The notes beneath the pieces were generated by a model. That model ran no database searches. It saw only the letters and a program-made list of their open reading frames with translations, and was not told the DNA's origin. Below are positions 24,515 to 37,670 of a stretch of DNA of 64,000 nt, in pieces. Numbering within the stretch: the stretch's first letter is position 1; each line of letters begins with the position of its first letter. Where the stretch lies: contig OX597815.1 of NCBI GenBank assembly GCA_951406725.2, positions 174,282,001-174,346,000 of the forward strand. Direction: 5' to 3'. A program made the translations under genes and the position numbers. Origin of the DNA: Octopus vulgaris. Lineage: Eukaryota.

Positions 24515-24897
24515 AATCAAAATAAGCAACAAGGATATCCAGAGGTAATACAGTGGAATCGTTTCAAGCAACTCCATTTAATTGAACAATGCAATCATTA
24601 CATCAATTTAAATGCAGAGCAATCCTCAGCTGCATAAAGACAGAATTAAATAAAATTAAAACAGATGGACACTTCAGTATAATTTTACCTAAAACCTCCA
24701 AGAAGGTAAGGAGATAAGCAATGATTGCATTGTTCAATTAAATGGAGTTGCTTAAAATGATCATACTGCATTACCTCTGGATATCCTTATTGCTTACTTT
24801 GATTTTAATCACCTTATTTTGAAATTGTATGGATAATACCGTACTAAATTCTGGTGCCCCAACTTAAGCACCTAATTCATCTGAATCAAAATTTTTG
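24515..24897. mobile_element. Penelope-like terminal repeat with fold-back (family P3) and degenerate long-stem-II hammerhead
   Basis: Arms ~24515-24599 / ~24720-24805. Minus strand 24548-24635 reads ATGCAG-CTGAGGA-long stem-GAAA-CGATTC-CA-CTGTAT. Homologous to 60458-60660. Confidence 0.7.
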
Positions 24898-24922
24898 CTA
24901 TATATATACATACATATATAGG

Positions 24923-24954
<32 letters not shown>

Positions 24955-25467
24955 TGTATGTATGTATGTATGTATGTATGTATGAATGTATGTAGAAAGA
25001 GAGACCAGACAATAGAGTTTGGTACAGTCCACTGGCTTGCTGGCTTGTCAGCCCCTTTCAAACTATCAAACCCATGTCAGCATGGAAAACAGGCAGTAAA
25101 TGATGAATGATATATACATATATCTGTGTATGAGTGTGTATGAGAGAGAGAGAAAATGTGTGAGTGTGTATGTGTGTGTGTGCATGTATGTGTTGTGTGT
25201 GTGTGGGGGGTCTATGTGTGCATGTACATGTGTACATGTGTTTGTATGTACACTTGTCTTGATACCATGTGATGGTTGTGAACAAGTACATTTCTAGTTT
25301 TCCATGGAAACAGTTTTTAATAGGAAACATGTCCGGCCAAGGGGAAAATATTATCTTTTGTGGAAACAGGTAAAAGTTGGCAGCAAGAAGGACATTCAGT
25401 CAAAGAAAATTTGCCTCAATGAATTGCTTCTAACTTAATGCAAGCATGAAAATGTGGACTTTAAATA

Positions 25468-25675
25468 TTGATGATGATGATGATGACGACGATGATGACG
25501 ATGACCACAATGACCACGATGATGATGACGATAACGACAACGACAATGATGATGACGACAACAATGATGATGATGATGATGATGATTGATGATGATGATG
25601 ATGGTGGTGCTGGTGGTGCTGGTGGTGCTGGTGCTGGTGCTGGTGCTGGTGGTGCTGGTGGTGATGCTGGTGGTA
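25468..25675. repeat. (GAT/GAC)n + (GGT/GCT)n triplet microsatellite grown from an RTE tail
   Basis: Follows the degenerate RTE tail at ~25250-25467. Confidence 0.9.
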
Positions 25676-26131
25676 AAACGTCTATTTTGATTTGCCAGGA
25701 ATCCTGGCATCATTTGCTGTGCCACAAATAAATTCAAAGCTTAAGTAACTGTCTATGTACAATCAACAGATTTAACTCAACAGTGACAATTAGGCTGACT
25801 AACAAAGACTTTGACTAGTGGTGCTGTTCATTTCATCACTTTCATTATTATTTTCTTGAATTATATGTCTTTTTATCCTTTTTTTTTTTGTAGTTAAGGT
25901 TTTCATCTTTAACCAACATGATAACAACAACAAAAAGGTAACTGACATTCTACGCAGGTTTAAAAAGAAATTGCGATATGCATATAACAGTCTAAAAGGC
26001 ATTGTTCATGTAGTTCTTGTACACGAACAATGCTTCCATTTGCTTCTATGGCTGCTTTCTCAGTATGAAACCCTGAAGTATAATTGAAGTCAAAAAGTTG
26101 TTTATCATCATCATCGTCATCGTCGTCGTCG

Positions 26132-26172
<41 letters not shown>

Positions 26173-26370
26173 GTCGTCGTCGTCATCATTACCATTATCA
26201 TCATTGCCAGCACTATCATTTAATGTTCATGTTCTATGCTGGCATATGTTGTATGGGTTAACAGGATCTGATAGGCCTAAGGATTGCATCATGTTCCAGT
26301 GTCTGCTCTGGCATGGTTCCTTTGTAAATTGTTTTATATGCAATTTCAAAATATATATATATATATATAA

Positions 26371-26849
26371 TCAAACCAAATCAAAATAGATGAACATCAA
26401 TGGAATTTGTATCTTTGTGGTACCAGTGCCGGTGGCACACAAGAAAATCATCCGAACGTGGCTGTAGCCAGTACCGCGTCGACTGGCCTCCGTGCTGTAG
26501 GCACGTAACAAACACCATCCGATCGTGGCCATTCGCCAGCCTCATCTGGCACCTGTGTCGGTGGCACATAAAAAACACCATCCGAGCGTGGCCGTCTGCC
26601 AGCCTCATCTGGCACCTGTGTCGGTGGCACATAAAAAACACCATCTGAGCGTGGCCGTTCGCCAGCCTCATCTGGCACCTGTGTCGGTGGCACATAAAAT
26701 CACCCACTACACTCTCGGAGTGGTTGGCGTTAGGAAGGGCATCCAGCTGTAGAAACACTGCCAGATCTGACTGGCCTGGTGCAGCCTTCGGGCTCCCCAG
26801 ACCCCAGTTGAACCGTCCAACCCATGCTAGCATGGAAAGCGGACGTTAA

Positions 26850-26880
<31 letters not shown>
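26371..26880 (+). mobile_element. Young 5'-truncated RTE 3'UTR insertion with ~62-bp hairpin subunits
   Basis: AAATC repeats, four subunits, tail GGACGTTAAA(TGA)n; between (TA)n tracts; near-identical to 55740-56237. Confidence 0.9.
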
Positions 26881-26881
<1 letters not shown>

Positions 26882-27093
26882 ATATATATATATATATATA
26901 TATATAGGTACTGTAAATTTAGAGTGAATACTTAATGAGTGTAAGCACCTGTATATGCCAGATAGTGGCTGAGGTGAGAGAATATAGGTGATTTTATATT
27001 TTATATCTTATATTTTATATTTGATTTATATTTATATTTATATTTATATTTATATTTGATATTTATATTTATATTTGATATATATATATATAT

Positions 27094-27308
27094 CAAAATG
27101 TGACCGCGTGTGTACCGTTGGCGATTTTTTTCCTCCATCTTCCCTTCTTTGGATCTTTCCTTGTCCTATGTTTCTGACGAAGAGCTCCGCTCGAAACGTT
27201 AAACCCTCCTTCTTTCCTTCTTTCCTGACCGTCCAATAACACTATACTTGTTCCACGTCCTCGCGTTGTTGTGTTTTCTCTTTGTGTTTTCATGTTTGGA
27301 TTAACTTT
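27094..27308 (+). mobile_element. ~215-bp hammerhead-bearing element (family P4) in a (TA)n tract
   Basis: CpG-retaining, pyrimidine-rich island between (TA)n runs, containing a hammerhead. Confidence 0.6.
27170..27204 (+). ncRNA. Minimal type I hammerhead ribozyme motif, fully intact
   Basis: GTTT-CTGACGA-A-GAGC tcc GCTC-GAAA-CG-T-T-AAAC; perfect stems I and II; palindromic AACGTT; predicted cleavage after 27200. Confidence 0.8.
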
Positions 27309-27871
27309 ATATATATATATATATATATTGACAGAACAGAGAGAATTTGCAGTAGTAAATTAATTTACCAAATCAACATTTAATAAATTTATGTACTATA
27401 TTTTTGTATCATCTACTTGAAACTTGTTTCAAATAGTTATTTGTCTGTTAATAATTGAACTAAACTGTTGTTGCTCATTTTCAGTTCAAATAGCAAATGA
27501 AGTTGAGTTATTTTGACAGCACATAATGGTAATTCAACTGTGTAAGGGCATGTGGAAAATCAAAACACAAATATAGTGTTTCACAAAATGGATTCCAGGG
27601 AAATCAGAATACTGTGAAAAACACATGAGTTATGCAAGATAAAGGATCTTATGATAACCACTGCATTAGTAGCTACTGCTATGAAACAAAGTCAGGTTAG
27701 GAGACAGTAATACATAACTGACTTCAAGAGTAATATTTAATTGCTATTTAGCTGTAACTTTCTATTTCATTCTATCAGTTATTTTGTTGTTGGTTAACCA
27801 ATTGTTCTAAAAAAGTGAACATTTCTTGATAAATAGTAGTTCAAATGGAATAATCCATTGAATGCTTGATA

Positions 27872-28115
27872 CATCGTCATCATCATCGTTTAACGTCCGT
27901 TTTCCATGCTAGCATGGGTTGAACAGTTCGACCGGGGTCTGGGAAGCCAGAAGGCTGCATCAGGCTCCAGTCTCATCTGGCAGTGTTTCTACAGCTGGAT
28001 GCCTTTCCTAACGCCAACCACTCCGTAAGTGTAGTGGGTGCTTTTTACGTGCCACGAGCACAAGTGCCAGGCAAGGCTGGCAACGGCCACGATTGGTTGA
28101 TGCTTTTTACGTGCA
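27872..28115 (-). mobile_element. RTE 3' tail fragment (family C)
   Basis: (CAT)n TTTAACGTCCGTTTTCCATGCTAGCATGGG... plus one hairpin subunit. Confidence 0.85.
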
Positions 28116-28128
28116 TATTCAGTGTTTG

Positions 28129-28183
<55 letters not shown>

Positions 28184-28195
28184 CGTGTATGTATG

Positions 28196-28231
<36 letters not shown>

Positions 28232-28403
28232 TAAATATTTTATAATTATAAACATAATTATAATTAGGGTTCAGCTAATTGCTTCACCATATACCAATTT
28301 AGAAATAGGAGTTAAAATTCCTTTTCTACTACTATAAGTATCTCCATGATGGTAACATATGAATTTAGGAACACACATAAATAGATACATATATATATAT
28401 ATG

Positions 28404-28464
<61 letters not shown>

Positions 28465-28498
28465 GACCGGACATTAAACGATGATGATGATGATGATG

Positions 28499-28523
<25 letters not shown>

Positions 28524-28529
<6 letters not shown>

Positions 28530-29708
28530 CTTTACTGTCCTGTTTTTGTTACCACTTTTACCCCTCTGCAAAAAATCTCGAAATTTTATTTAATTTGCTT
28601 TGCAGGAAGGATTGTTTCCACGAAGTCGTGTCTCGCCTTTACCTTCAAAACACGGAGTAGGCGAAACAGAGGCGGCTGAAGAAGGGGAATTTTCCTTGTG
28701 TTGTATGTCTTTTACTCTGTTTTTTCGTTGTTTAAAAAAAATGTCCGTTTCCTTGGTTTTTGTTTTTATGTTTTCGTTTCTCATTGTGTTCGATGTTTTT
28801 TTGGTGTCCTGTACCCATATATGCATGTTTATATACATATAGATGTAGGTACGTACATATATGTATGTATATATGCATATGTTTTATTTATTATTTTGTT
28901 ATTATATGATGGAATGCCACACATTCATTTCCAAGTAAGTTTTATCTTAATAATAATAATGTGCACTCTTAACCTTTCTGTCTCCCTCCCTCTCTCATTC
29001 TTCATTTTTTCTGGTTTCCTTTCTTCTAATCTTACTGTCCTTCTCTCTCTCTCTCATTCTTCATTCTTTCTGGTTTTCTCTACAACCCTTCCCTTTTTTC
29101 TTTCCCTTTCTCTTATTCCTCCTCCTCCCTCCCGTCACTGACACGTGACCAGAGGTCTATGGCCTTTCTGACTACTACTTCCATCAAGTGAATTCGGCTT
29201 TCTCTGTCCCTCTCAAGCCATTTTCAAAGCATTCAAAATAATTTTTCTTTCATTCAGACTTAACAGCCCTTAATGTTTGTGTTACTGTTATTCTCCTTGT
29301 CCTGTCTTTTACTGTTTTTATTTGTATTGTCTTTACTGTCCTGTTTTTGTTACCACTTTTATCACTCTGCAAAAAATCTCAAATTTTATTTAATTTGCTT
29401 TGCGGGAAGGACTGTTTCCATGAAGTCGTGTCTCACCTTTACCTTCAAAACACAGAGTAGACGAAACAGAGGCAGCTGAAGAAGGGGAATTTTCCTTATG
29501 TTGTATGTCTTTTACTCTGTTTTTTCGTTGTTTAAAAAAATGTCCGTTTCCTTGGTATTGTTTTTATGTTTCCGTTTCTCATTGTGTTCGATGTTGTTTT
29601 GGTGTCCTGTACCCATATATGCATGTATATATACATATAGATGTAGGTATGTAAATATATGTATGTATATATGCATATGTTTTATTTATTATTTTGTTAT
29701 TATGATGG
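28524..29708. repeat. ~385-bp direct repeat at ~800-bp period; possible partial-tandem PLE terminal repeat
   Basis: 28524-28912 matches 29325-29708 at high identity; pyrimidine-rich spacer; starts in (TA)n. Confidence 0.85.
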
Positions 29709-29945
29709 CCATCCACTCGTGACCAAGGAAGACCATTGCCAACCTTCAGGAACATTGTGCGCTCTAGGATTAACTTATATTTTGCATTTGCAGCTCCGTT
29801 GGTGGCTAATGAGCCCTGCTCTTGACAAGCATAAACATTGCAGACCAAGCTTTCCCCATTCACTATACGAGCCATGTGCTTTCACGCAGCTCGCTTAAGT
29901 TCTTCATGCTGGATATGTACTCTCTCAAAAAAAAAAAAATTTTGT

Positions 29946-30033
<88 letters not shown>

Positions 30034-31226
30034 CAGGATTCTTTCAGTTTTCGTCTACTAGATCCATTCACAAGACTATAGTAGAAAGCATTTGCCCAAG
30101 ATGCCATGCAGTGGGACTGAACCTGGAACCATGTGGTTGGGAAACAAGCTTCTTATCATGCAGTCATGTCTTTCATGTGCAAAAATATGAAAAATCTGTA
30201 ACAAAAGATATAACTGGAACATAGTCATGTCTTTAATGAAATCTGTGTATGTGTGAGAGAGTGTGTGCATAAAATACTAGGGTTCTAACATTTTGTGCTA
30301 TAAATAAATATATTTAATATGTTTCTCTGTTTAATATTTACTGCACTGTTCATAACAATTTTTATTATCACCTGTCACTTAAACAAGTGCATTAATTTTA
30401 TAAAATAATGTTTGGCTTAACCTTATTGTATGTTATAGTGTTCTGAATAGAAATTAAGCCATGATGCTATTTTTCATAAATATTACAAGCTGTAAAATTA
30501 TTTATTTTGCTTATAACATTATCGAATATACATACTCAATAATACTAGCACTGCTTCTAATTCATATTTGAGTTTATAACATATTGCAAGAAAAATTAAT
30601 TATAAAGAGAATGGTTTGTTTCAATGTTATAATATTTGAGATATTTGAGTATACTCTTATAAAATTGTATTTCTCTTCTGCAGAAACTAGACAAAAGTAA
30701 TGTTTTAAATCAATTTTGAAAGTTAATTTTTTTTCTGTCTTCTTCCTCTTTTGTTACAGTAATTTAATTTGGTTAAAATATTGCAGATATTCTCTTCAGT
30801 TCACTACAGTTTACCATTTAACCTACTTCTTTCATATATGCCATTCTCATGTTCAAAAATTACCTCATGTTTGTAGCAAAGATTTTGTTTATATTTCCAA
30901 CACTTTTTTCTAATTGATTATGAAAATGTATGAAGTATTTTCTTTGAGATTCTGTTTTGAGTACAGAAGTTGAATCCATGTTGCATACTCAAATTAACAA
31001 AAATGTCAGCTGTTTTGGATGCTATTTTCAGAGGAATTATCTTCAGGGATATCACTGTGTTCAAAGTATTAGTCTAGATCAGCGTTTCTCAACCTTTCTA
31101 CCATTGCATAAACCTTAAAATAAATTACATGTGTCAAGGAACCCCTGTACAAAAAAAATTATATACCATATCTTTCTCATATCTTTTTCATCATAGTTCA
31201 TGTGGTAGATGTCATATATATATATA

Positions 31227-32030
31227 TATTGGGTTGGCAACTAAGTTCCAGCCGTTTTTTAAATTTAAATTTTTTAAAAGGTTTAATGAAATATAACAAC
31301 TAATTAATCAATAATATATTCACCCTTTTTGTTTACAACTTCTTCCCAACGTTCAACTAGATTTTCAATACCACATTGGTAGAAATCCAATTTCGACTCA
31401 AAAATTGATCCAACCAAGCTCTCAATTCTGTATCAGTATTGAACAAAACTCCACACATAGCATTTGAAAGAGATCGAAAGAAGTGGAAATCCATTGGTGC
31501 CAAATCAGGAGAGTACGGTGGGTGTGGCAGCACTTCCCAGCCATGCGTTTGAATGGCTTCCTTGGTCATATTGGTGATATGAGGGCAAGCATTGTCGTGC
31601 AGCAGAAGAACTCCATGCTGCCGATTAGGTCTTTTCTCTTCAATAGCCATGTTGAGTCATTTCATCTGTTGAACATAGAGTTCCGCATTGACCATTTAGT
31701 TCCATTCAAGCAATTCGTAATGGATAATCCTTTCCCAATCCCACCATATGGACAGCATCCTTTTACACAGATGAAGATCTTGTTTCACGCGCGGTTGCTT
31801 GTTTACCGGGGCTAAGCCATTCCTTACACTGCTTCATATTGATGTACAGCACCATTTTTTGTCACCATTAACAATTCGGTAAAGAAATTGTTGCTTGTGT
31901 CCATGAGTTGAGTGGTGACGAGCAAGCAAACCAGCGGAGATTGTGGCTTGTTGATTTTTGTTGCTGTCACTTAAAGCATGTGGAACCCATGTTCCATATG
32001 TCTGAACCTTTCCCATCAAGTGAAGATGCT
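31227..32030 (-). mobile_element. Mariner (DD34D) remnant, 5'-truncated
   Basis: TIR TATTGGGTTGGCAACTAAGTT. Motifs WVPHAL, RIVNGDKKW, LLHDNACPH...HPPYSPDLAPMDFHFF (34-residue D-D spacing). Confidence 0.92.
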
Positions 32031-33454
32031 CTCTGTAGCAGTGTGGGAGCATTCCATTTTCTCTAAGGGAGATGTATAGCTTTGTTGGTATGGGATAAAG
32101 TGTTAAAGTGTGAGAGAAGGATGGAGACAGAGCAGCTTCTTTTAGAAAGGCTGCATGGCTTAGGAGGAGAATGATCCTTAGGAGCTGCAGTGAGATGTCC
32201 AGATTGCTCCTCAAGGCACAAGGTGAGTAGAAGCGAGTGGTGGTGGGGTTTTCAAGATTGTATGGGGTGAAGGTAATGAGAAAATGAGGAGACAGCCTGC
32301 AACCGTAAAAGAAATTGTTCTAGTTGTTTGTGTTTTGATCTTATTAGAAAATCAACTTTGCCTTTCATCCTTCTGAGGTCAGTAGATAGATAAAGTATCA
32401 GCCTGATGTTGGCACATTCATCTCTCCTTCCAGCTGTCACATTTTGAATGTTCTACAGTGTCAAAGGTGAGAGAGTCAGTGATGTGTACATGTTTGTTTG
32501 CTGCTACATTAGGAAAAGCATGGTTCATACTGATACCAAATCATCCTTGATTTCAAGTGACTGTTGTAGTTCAGTATAAACTGTGAACAATTTTATTCCA
32601 GAATTTAAGATCAAAAGCTGGGTGTATTGCATTATACATGAGTTTGGTATTTGCAAATTTTGTTTGACCAGCATTAATGATCTTTGATATTTTCCAGATC
32701 AGACTGCTCTGCTGCTTAAATGCTCAAATAGATCAATAATTTTTTAAAATATATATTAATTTATTTTAATAAAGTTTTATTTACCATTTTAATTGAAACA
32801 TATAAGCTACTATTGGTTATCATTTTCTTGGAATTAGATATTTGTTCTATAAATTTATGGGTATCTGACTTCTATTAATTAATACAACAAAACTAGGCCA
32901 GTACAAGTAAAACAGATAGATGTATTCAATGCTATTAAAAAAGGAACCACTTCCAGGTCTAAAACAAACACAATAAATCAAGGGACATTTTATACATGAG
33001 AGTAACATTCTTTCACCTACTTCTCCAACATTTAAATGGTTGGAAGTCATATTATTTACACAATCGCATAGTACACACATAAATATGCTGTGTATATGTA
33101 TGTATCAGCCTTAAAGGAAAAGAAATGATCTGGTTGTAAAACCCAAGCAGAAAAACAAAATTAAGGAATGAAAACATGAAAACATGAGTTTCACAAGCTA
33201 TACATAGGCATCGCATCTGGGAAAGCAGTAACTCTGAATAAAAAGCTAATGCCAAGTAGAGAGAGACACAGACAACTTCTTTTGTATTAGTGGCATGATG
33301 AAATGTAACCAGTCAATGTTGTAAAGTAGCTGAGTATAAGAAGGGCATTCAGATGTGAGGGCCAAGCCAAGATAAACAAGACATACATAGCATGAGAGAG
33401 GGACAGTTTTTCCTGTTGTTGTGTTTGTTGGATGACAAAGGACCACAACAAGTG

Positions 33455-33685
33455 TTACGATACTGATTGGGAAAAGTTCAGAAAGATTCTACTGTTGCTG
33501 ACAACAAAGGTCTTTTCCTTCAGAGTGAAGAGTAGATTGTATGAGGCTTGTTTTAGAACTGTGATGCTGCATGGTAGTGATACTAATACATGATCCTTGA
33601 ATGCAGTGGACTTCAGAAGATTGGAAAGAAATTAAGCTAGCATGCTCCACTAGATGTACAATGTAAGTGTGCATGGACAACAAAG
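33455..33685 (+). pseudogene. RTE RT/thumb fragment
   Basis: WEKFRKILLLLTTKVFSFRVKSRLYEACFRTVMLHGSDT; homologous to 15590-15770. Confidence 0.75.
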
Positions 33686-33941
33686 GGCATCTCTCTATCA
33701 CTGACACCTCCATCACCTGCCAAACTGCAGTATTCTGATGTTGTAATTAAATGTTTACAGAACTGCATACTTAACTAGTTTTTCCCCAAATTCTACTCAT
33801 CTTTCTCACTACCTGGAACTGTTTTACTTGTTATCCAGCTATCTCTCTCCACTCACATTTTACATTGATCACTCTTCTCTGCCACCAAATTATTTCTCCT
33901 TTTCCCTCATCAAACATTTCTCACTTTCTCCATGCATTAGG

Positions 33942-35730
33942 CCAGGAATGGGCAACCTTTTTGAGAGTGCATGCCAAAACTGACAAAATCTCTGACACAA
34001 AATTCTTCCATATGCCAGCCAAAATTTTTGAGAACATATTAGGCTACTTGATATCTCTTAAGAAAGTATATGTTAGGAACTTTTTCAATAAATGATAAAA
34101 AGCACAGTATATAATGATGGAAAATGTATTTATTCACCTTCAAAGTTACATCTAAACAACAATGAACCTTTGCCACTTTCAAAAGAAAACATCGGTCAGA
34201 TGAAGTATCAGTTTGAGAGAAAACTTGCTGACTCCTTTCAATAGACATGTATATACAGTATTATCAGTGAGACTTCTGCTGCTGCATCACTGATGACACA
34301 GATTTTGTATTGGGTTTATATTTCATAACCTTCAGAGATATGCATGCACAACTAGTTTCATCCATCAAGTTACTACTATTACAAAACTTAACAAAGTTCA
34401 TCACTAAGAACAAGGATTCACAGGCAAATGTTGATGAAAACATGGATATTAGTACTGTTGCAAAGTTAATTAAAGTGGAAAAATTTTCTGAAATGGCATT
34501 TCAAGTCCTTAATAATTTGTTTTCCACACTCCTCTCTGGTATTCCTGTCTCTAATCACTTTTTTTTTCAGTATTTTCTAAGTCAACTCTAAGGTTAATAA
34601 ATTTTTGCTTCCAAATTGAGCTACTTTGAAATTCAATCAACTGCATTTCAAAATCAATCAACCATGTCTATCCATGAAAACATTTGTAAGTTTAGTTCTT
34701 CCAGTTTGATAATGTCTGGAAACTTCATGAATTCTGCTGTCTCTTCCAGTTCCTTGAATTTAGCTAACCTTGTAAAAAAAACTGCTCAACAGTTGACTCA
34801 ATAATGTTTATAAACTTCTTTTGAAGACATTGGCACTCTGTTCTGTCATCTTTTGAGAGATCATTGATGTACCTCTTGGGAAGTATCTAACTCTTACCAG
34901 AGCCTTGTAATTTAATGTTCAAGTTATTCAAACATTCACAAAAATCTGCAAAAAATACCAGTTTACAAATCCACATGATGTCGGACAATTCTTGATAAGA
35001 AACATGTTGGTCATTCAAAAAGAGCTTTATCTCATTTAAGCATTCAACAAATCATTTCAGAACCAAACCTCAGCTAAGCCATCAAATGTTGTACATTTTC
35101 AGTCCTTTATACACAGACTCTACCTCATTCAGTAAAACTTGAAATTGTCTCTTACTTAAAGCCTGAGCAATAATGTAATTAACAACCTTGGTAGCAGTTT
35201 GCATCACTTCCTGAAGTTCCTTCAGGCCAGCATTTTCACATAAAACCTCCTTATGTATGATTCAATGAAAACTTATTAGTGTATGACCAACTTCTTTTGC
35301 AAACAGATTTACAAATCCTGCTTCTCACCAGTCGTGATGAGTGTACCATCTGTTGTGACAGACACTACTTTTGAAATGTCAATTTGTCGAGGAGAGAATT
35401 CATTCACAGCTGCTTTACATATTTCAGCCCCGATAGTATGCTCAGGCAGTGTTTGAAGGGCAACCATCTTTTCACATATTTCATCACTTTTACAAAATCA
35501 AGAAAAAATGGCTAACCTAGCTGATGGTGTAATGTCCATACTTTCATCAATTCAAATAGAAAAAAAAACTTACATGAAAACAAATCTTTTGTCAATTGTT
35601 CAGAGGTATTCTTCTCCAACTTAAGTCTTCTATCCTTAACTGTTTTCCCACTCACAGACAATTCTTTAATGCGCTGAATAATCTTTTCCTTTTCTGAAAA
35701 ACTGTCAAAAAGGAAAGGTGTACATTCTGC
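33942..35730 (-). mobile_element. hAT transposon remnant (SPIN/Charlie, GTF2IRD2/EPM2AIP1-like transposase)
   Basis: TIR CAGGAATGGGCAACCTT at 33942. Minus-strand motifs IDESMDIT, VSVTTDG, H*IIHKEVLC, WLS*GLVL, SMFSSTFACESLFLVMNFVK; many stops. Confidence 0.85.
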
Positions 35731-36559
35731 CTCTGCACTAGGCCTTCTTCTCTCCTTACACTCTTAAAACTTATCCAACTACATACCATCTCTCTTTCTC
35801 TCATTCTTCTCATTTCTTCTGTATCATTAAGACTATTCTACTGCTTTTCACCACTTTCTGAATAGTCAATCCTCTACTCTCTCTCGCCTTTCCAACTCAT
35901 GTATTATCAATCACTCTTCCTCCTTCATCCACCATCCACTACATCCATCTCTTAAAACCCGACCTAGTCTCTAGAGTCATCACCTACTCTTCCTATCCTT
36001 CTTCCAACATGTATTTATGAACCTTCTTCATCATTATTTTCACCCTTCAACCATTCCCCATCTTTAACCACCTCTCACTCCCACACACACTCTTACAACC
36101 CCTACCTACCCTCACTCCGTTATTCAGTCCCCACTCTCTTCTAATTATTTGTACCTTGAAGGTCCACATCATCATCACCACTTTATCTTTCTAGTGCTAC
36201 CCCAGTTACTCCCATCTCTTCTATAATGTGAGTGGCCACATTAGCTCCTCTATAGTAAGAATTCTGTTCTGGTCTGGCCTCTATGTCTCACACTTTAACT
36301 TCTCATCTCCTAACAGTAAGTTACCTCTCTCTCTCCCTCTCTCTCAACTCTAGCCCCACTCACTTGAAAGTGATCTTAGTCTTACAAGTTGCATGCTGAC
36401 CTCACTAGAGAAGATACCATGAAAAAGTACCCAGTGAGCATGATGAAGACTTTGGAGCACACTGCAATTGTCTGACCTATCAGAACTTGTCAGATCGTCT
36501 GACACATGCCAGAATGGAAGATAGACATGAAAGGAAGTTGATGATTATATACATACATA

Positions 36560-37633
36560 CATCATCATCATCATCATTTAACGTCCGCTTTCCATGCTAG
36601 CATGGGTTGGACGGTTCAACTGGGGTCTGGGGAGCCCGAAAGCTGCACCAGTCCAGTCAGATCTGGCAGTGTTTCTACAGCTGGATGCCCTTCCTAACGC
36701 CAACCACTCCGAGAGTGTAGTGGGTGATTTTATGTGCCACCGACACAGGTGCCAGACGAGGCTGGCAAACGGCCACGCTCGGATGGTGTTTTTTATGTGC
36801 CACCGACACAGGTGCCAGACGAGGCTGGCAGACGGCCACGCTCGGATGGTGTTTTTATGTGCCACCGACACAGGTGCCAGATGAGGCTGGCAAACGGCCA
36901 CGATCGGATGGTGTTTGTTACGTGCCCACAGCACGGAGGCCAGTCGATGCGGTACTGGCTACGGCCACGTTCGGATGGTTTTCTTGTGTGCCACGTGCCA
37001 CCGGCACTGGTACCACAAAGATACAAATTCCATTGATGTTCATCTATTTTGATTTGTTTTGATTTTCACTTGCCTCAACAGGTCTTCACAAGTGTCACAA
37101 GAAGGAAGGTATGCACAGGTGGACTGACTACGTCCCAGGTAGGGGCCACAGGTTATGGCCTGACTAGTCTTGCCGGGTCTTCGGATGGTGTTTTTATGTG
37201 CCACCGACACAGGTGCCAGATGAGGCTGGCGAACGGCCATGATCGGATGGTGTTTGTTACGTGCCCACAGCACGGAGGCCAGTCGGTGCGGTACTGGCTA
37301 CGGCCACGTTCGGATGGTTTTCTTGTGTGCCACCGGCACTGGTACCACAAAGATACAATTCCATTAATGTTCATCTATTTTATTTGTTTTGATTTGATTT
37401 GATTTGTTTTGATTTCATTTTGATTTTCACTTGCCTCAACAGGCCTTCACAAGTATCACAAGGAGGAAGGTATGCACAGGTGGACTGACTACGTTCCAGG
37501 TAGGGGCCATGGGATATGGCCTGACTAGTCTTGCCGGGTCTTCGGATGGTGTTTTTATGTGCCACCGACACAGGTGCTAGATGAGGCCGGCGAACGGCCA
37601 CGATCGGATGGTGTTTGTTATGTGCCCACAGCA

Positions 37634-37635
<2 letters not shown>
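36560..37635 (-). mobile_element. Tandem multimer of RTE 3'UTR (~360-bp units)
   Basis: Tail at left; chimeric junction GGGTCTTC|GGATGGTG at ~37182 and ~37543; truncated at (TA)n. Confidence 0.9.

Positions 37636-37664
<29 letters not shown>

Positions 37665-37670
<6 letters not shown>

Noticed and set aside
26381-26833. Recurrent 'MCHRHRCQMRLANGH' / 'MPPTQVPDEAG' peptides (also 36.6 and 55.8 kb)
   Set aside because: Antisense readings of the GC-rich 62-63 bp UTR subunits; the frame shifts with A-run length.
28600-28700. Canonical hammerhead using CTGAAGA and GAAAC
   Set aside because: The stems cannot be assembled in type I, II or III topology.
34310-34804. Plus-strand ORFs of 93 and 62 aa
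   Set aside because: Antisense to the decayed hAT transposase.
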